A stretch of 58,419 nt of DNA from a virus (taxonomy: Duplodnaviria > Caudoviricetes): IMG/VR virus record IMGVR_UViG_3300016471_000965, positions 1 to 58,419 of that record, one strand, 5' to 3'. Under the pieces are notes generated by a model. It saw nothing but the letters and a program-made list of their open reading frames with translations, was not told the DNA's origin and searched no databases. The translations under genes and the position numbers were made by a program. How positions within the stretch are numbered: the first letter of the stretch is position 1; each line of letters opens with the position of its first letter. Positions 56,137-58,419 of the stretch are shown here, piece after piece.

Positions 56137-56400
56137 ATGGCAAAGGTTACCAAGTCCACCAAGGCCCAGCCCAAGAAGACCGTGTACTCCGTCATCCGCG
56201 GCGGCGTCGATGACTACCCCGAGGAGGTCTCGGTCATCGGAATCTTCACCTCCATCGAGGACGCCCGGAAGCGGGTCCTCAAGGAGTACCGAAGGACCGT
56301 GTGTGACGGCCTCGATCCGCGGCCCAGCGTGACGCCCAAGGCATTCCGGGTCCTAAACAACGGCCACGAGTTCTGGACCATCGCAACCCACCGGGTCTGA
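56137..56400 (+). CDS. leaderless cassette ORF
   Basis: promoter 56101. Confidence 0.7.
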   Translation: MAKVTKSTKAQPKKTVYSVIRGGVDDYPEEVSVIGIFTSIEDARKRVLKEYRRTVCDGLDPRPSVTPKAFRVLNNGHEFWTIATHRV

Positions 56401-56512
56401 GACCATCCCACCTGCAGGGGCGATCACGCTCAAACCTGCAGGACCCAGTGCAAAGCTCCACCGGAACGTGGTAGATTAGAAAAGTAAGGCAACCCCAGCA
56501 AGGAACCAGCAA

Positions 56513-57274
56513 ATGTCGAACATGAACCTGAACGTCGGTCTCAAGTCCTGGAAGCGCGGCACCAACATCCTCGACCTCGAGGTTCCTCCCCAGCTCGAGC
56601 GCACGGTGAAGACCGGTCTCAAGTGGTTCGATGAGGCCGTCGGCGGCGAGGGCATGACGCCCTCCACCGCGATGATGCTCACCGGTACGCCCGGCGCCGG
56701 TAAGACCACCATGTGCCTCCAGCTCGCCGACTCCATCACGGCCCAAGGCCACGTCTGCCTCTTCAACACGGGTGAGGAGTCGCTCTTCCAGGTCCGCAAG
56801 GTCGCGAAGCGCCTCGGCATGAAGAACGGCTTCGTCGCCGGACAGGACATCCTCGTCCCCGAGCTCCTCGCCCACGCCGACAGCCTCCGCAAGGCGAACC
56901 CCAAGAAGCAGGTCTTCCTCATCATCGACTCGCTCCAGACCCTGGACGACGGGAAGTACAAGGACGGCGGCACCAACTCGATGACCCAGGTCCGCGCCAT
57001 CGAGATGATCACCAACTGGTGCAAGGAGACCTACGGCATCGCCCTCGTCATCGGCCAGGTCACCAAGTCCGGCGACTTCGCCGGGAAGCAGACGATCAAG
57101 CACGCCGTCGACGCCCACGGTCACCTCTTCATCGACGAACAGAAGAACTCCGAGACGTACGGAGAGCGCCTCTTCGAGATCCAGAAGAACCGCTTCGGCT
57201 GCAGCGGCAAGACGTTCATCCTCGGCATCAACGCCACCGGCCTCTACGAGAAGGGCTCCTACTCCTTCGGCTGA
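56513..57274 (+). CDS. RadA/Sms-like RecA-family ATPase (ATPase domain only), copy 2
   Basis: GTPGAGKTT, FNTGEES, IIDSLQT, KNRFG; close paralogue of 35849-36613. Confidence 0.85.
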   Translation: MSNMNLNVGLKSWKRGTNILDLEVPPQLERTVKTGLKWFDEAVGGEGMTPSTAMMLTGTPGAGKTTMCLQLADSITAQGHVCLFNTGEESLFQVRKVAKRLGMKNGFVAGQDILVPELLAHADSLRKANPKKQVFLIIDSLQTLDDGKYKDGGTNSMTQVRAIEMITNWCKETYGIALVIGQVTKSGDFAGKQTIKHAVDAHGHLFIDEQKNSETYGERLFEIQKNRFGCSGKTFILGINATGLYEKGSYSFG

Positions 57275-57468
57275 GACCACCGGGGGGTGAGGTAGGGGAC
57301 AACATCCTCTGCCCACCCTCCATCCGCTGTGCGGAACGTCACCGCCCAATGCACTCCCCAAGCGATGACGTAACCGACTCCAACCCCAACGAGGAACGTC
57401 CTCCAACTCACGACCGACGTCAACCCTCTCACCACCATAACTATCATCCCTCACAAGGAAAGCATACC

Positions 57469-57771
57469 ATGCTCGGCTGGATCCTCGCATATGCATTCGC
57501 ACTCCTCACAGGCTCCGGATGGATCTTCATCGGATGCCTCGGCCTCGCCATCTTCTTCCCTCGACTCACGCGGTTCCTCTTCGCCACCGTCGCATTCCCA
57601 GTGTGGACAGGCGTCATCTCGCTCTGGCTCTTCATCGGCGGCTGGGCACTGTCGATCATCGAGTTCACCACAGACGCCTTCTTCAACTGCGTCACCATCG
57701 CTGCCATCCCGGCCGGCATCATCTGCCTCTGGGCCTCGAACAACGTCGCCACCCTGGCGCGGGACGACTGA
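57469..57771 (+). CDS. membrane protein
   Basis: AAGGA SD; several hydrophobic segments. Confidence 0.6.
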   Translation: MLGWILAYAFALLTGSGWIFIGCLGLAIFFPRLTRFLFATVAFPVWTGVISLWLFIGGWALSIIEFTTDAFFNCVTIAAIPAGIICLWASNNVATLARDD

Positions 57772-57774
57772 TCC

Positions 57775-58176
57775 ATGAAAGGCCTCTCCGACGACGACAT
57801 GCTCTCCCTCGCCGCAGGCACCGCACTGCGCAAGGACGACAGACGATCCTTCCGCCTCGGCGCAGTAGGCGTACGCAGGGACGGCGTCCTCGTCTCCTCC
57901 ACCAACGGTCCCTCACCCTACCCCTGTCCAGAAGTCCACGCCGAGGCACGACTCTGCAACAAGCTAACGCCCGGCTCGACGGTGTGGGTCGCTCGCATCC
58001 GCCACGACGGCACACTCGGCATGGCTCGCCCCTGCCACACCTGCCAAAAACGACTCCGCACCGCAGGCGTCGCAAGGGTCGTCTACACGATCAGCGATGT
58101 CGAACACGGCGTCCTCGACCTCGGCCGCGATACCGAACGCCGCCGCCCCACCCGGGGGGCCCGCTGCAACCGATGA
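57775..58176 (+). CDS. cytidine/dCMP deaminase-fold Zn protein
   Basis: HAE...ARPCHTC...GV.RVVYT. Confidence 0.8.
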   Translation: MKGLSDDDMLSLAAGTALRKDDRRSFRLGAVGVRRDGVLVSSTNGPSPYPCPEVHAEARLCNKLTPGSTVWVARIRHDGTLGMARPCHTCQKRLRTAGVARVVYTISDVEHGVLDLGRDTERRRPTRGARCNR

Positions 58177-58419
58177 ACAGGGGCCCCCAGCGGCCCCCCA
58201 TCGAGAGGCCATCAAAGGCCCCCCTTTAGCCCCCCTTCAAGGCCCCCTAAAATGGGGCCGGGGCCCCGCCCCCTTTCAGGCAAGTGTAGGGCCTCCTCCC
58301 GGGCCGCCTCGCTAAGGTCGTTCACACACGACACGAGAATTTTCAACCTAAAATCGGTCCCCCTCGTGCATCACCGTATGGACCGCCCTTCAACAGCATT
58401 TCCCGAGCCACAGTTTTTT

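Larger units (their letters stand above)
37450..56483 (+). promoter_or_regulatory. rightward array of class I promoters (starts 37450, 37716, 38002, 38221, 38497, 39446, 40295, 40740, 43151, 45345, 47720, 48403, 49024, 49374, 49707, 49902, 50109, 50343, 50574, 51342, 51686, 51881, 52298, 52845, 52985, 53252, 53446, 53665, 53924, 54302, 54550, 55140, 55357, 55620, 55858, 56101, 56448)
   Basis: GTG(C/T)AA-N18-TA(TAG/TAC/GGA/AGA/GTA)T, usually followed by N5-6-ATG. Confidence 0.85.

Noticed and set aside
37480-56140. ACCATGG as a Kozak context implying a eukaryotic virus
   Set aside because: Bacterial SD sites, overlapping operons, bacterial-type IF-1, GroEL and tRNAs, and -10 boxes all indicate a bacteriophage
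38497-56400. ORF-track starts MQSS.../MQSR... (38497, 52298, 53252, 54302, 55140, 56101)
   Set aside because: These translate the promoter itself (GTG CAA AGT); 36 nt is a multiple of 3, and copies with 35-nt spacing are out of frame, so the true starts are the downstream ATGs
37450-56483. Recurrent repeat read as a CRISPR array
   Set aside because: The units are degenerate with a variable middle, and the intervening sequences are 100-700 bp intact ORFs; no cas genes were seen
37450-56483. Classical integron attC cassettes
   Set aside because: No GTTRRRY/RYYYAAC inverted-repeat structure and no tyrosine integrase in the window; the motif has -35/-10 geometry
1-58419. Stop-codon reassignment
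   Set aside because: Recognisable genes are full length under code 11, and no suppressor tRNA was found

Overview
This window looks like part of a large (jumbo-like) tailed bacteriophage genome. The host is probably a myxobacterium, inferred from Ser/Gly-rich lipoproteins and a trypsin with a MYXO-CTERM-like tail. It has two parts. (1) An AT-richer part (~2-31 kb) carries host-like genes (prkA/yeaG-yeaH-spoVR, groEL, infA, SpoU methylase, MazG-like, GT2-methyltransferase), three collagen-like fibre paralogues and about 12 proteins sharing an N-terminal MKIxLxxLRxLIRE motif. (2) A GC-rich, divergently transcribed part (~31.8-58.2 kb) holds dozens of tiny ORFs, a MoxR-type AAA/vWA pair, two RadA-like ATPases, 14 tRNAs and three homing-endonuclease-like genes; a 15th tRNA lies at 3.3 kb. 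The most striking feature is regulatory. About 48 copies of a promoter-like element, GTGCAA-N18-TAnnnT, were found by eye. In 36 of them the ATG sits 5-6 nt after the -10 box, giving one-promoter/one-gene leaderless cassettes. A second motif without a -35 box, ATAnnTAT, sits 4-6 nt before many AT-rich genes. Also present are a six-copy palindrome TGCAAC-N2-GTTGCA and two families of intergenic hairpins. All calls come from manual motif reading; no database searches were run.
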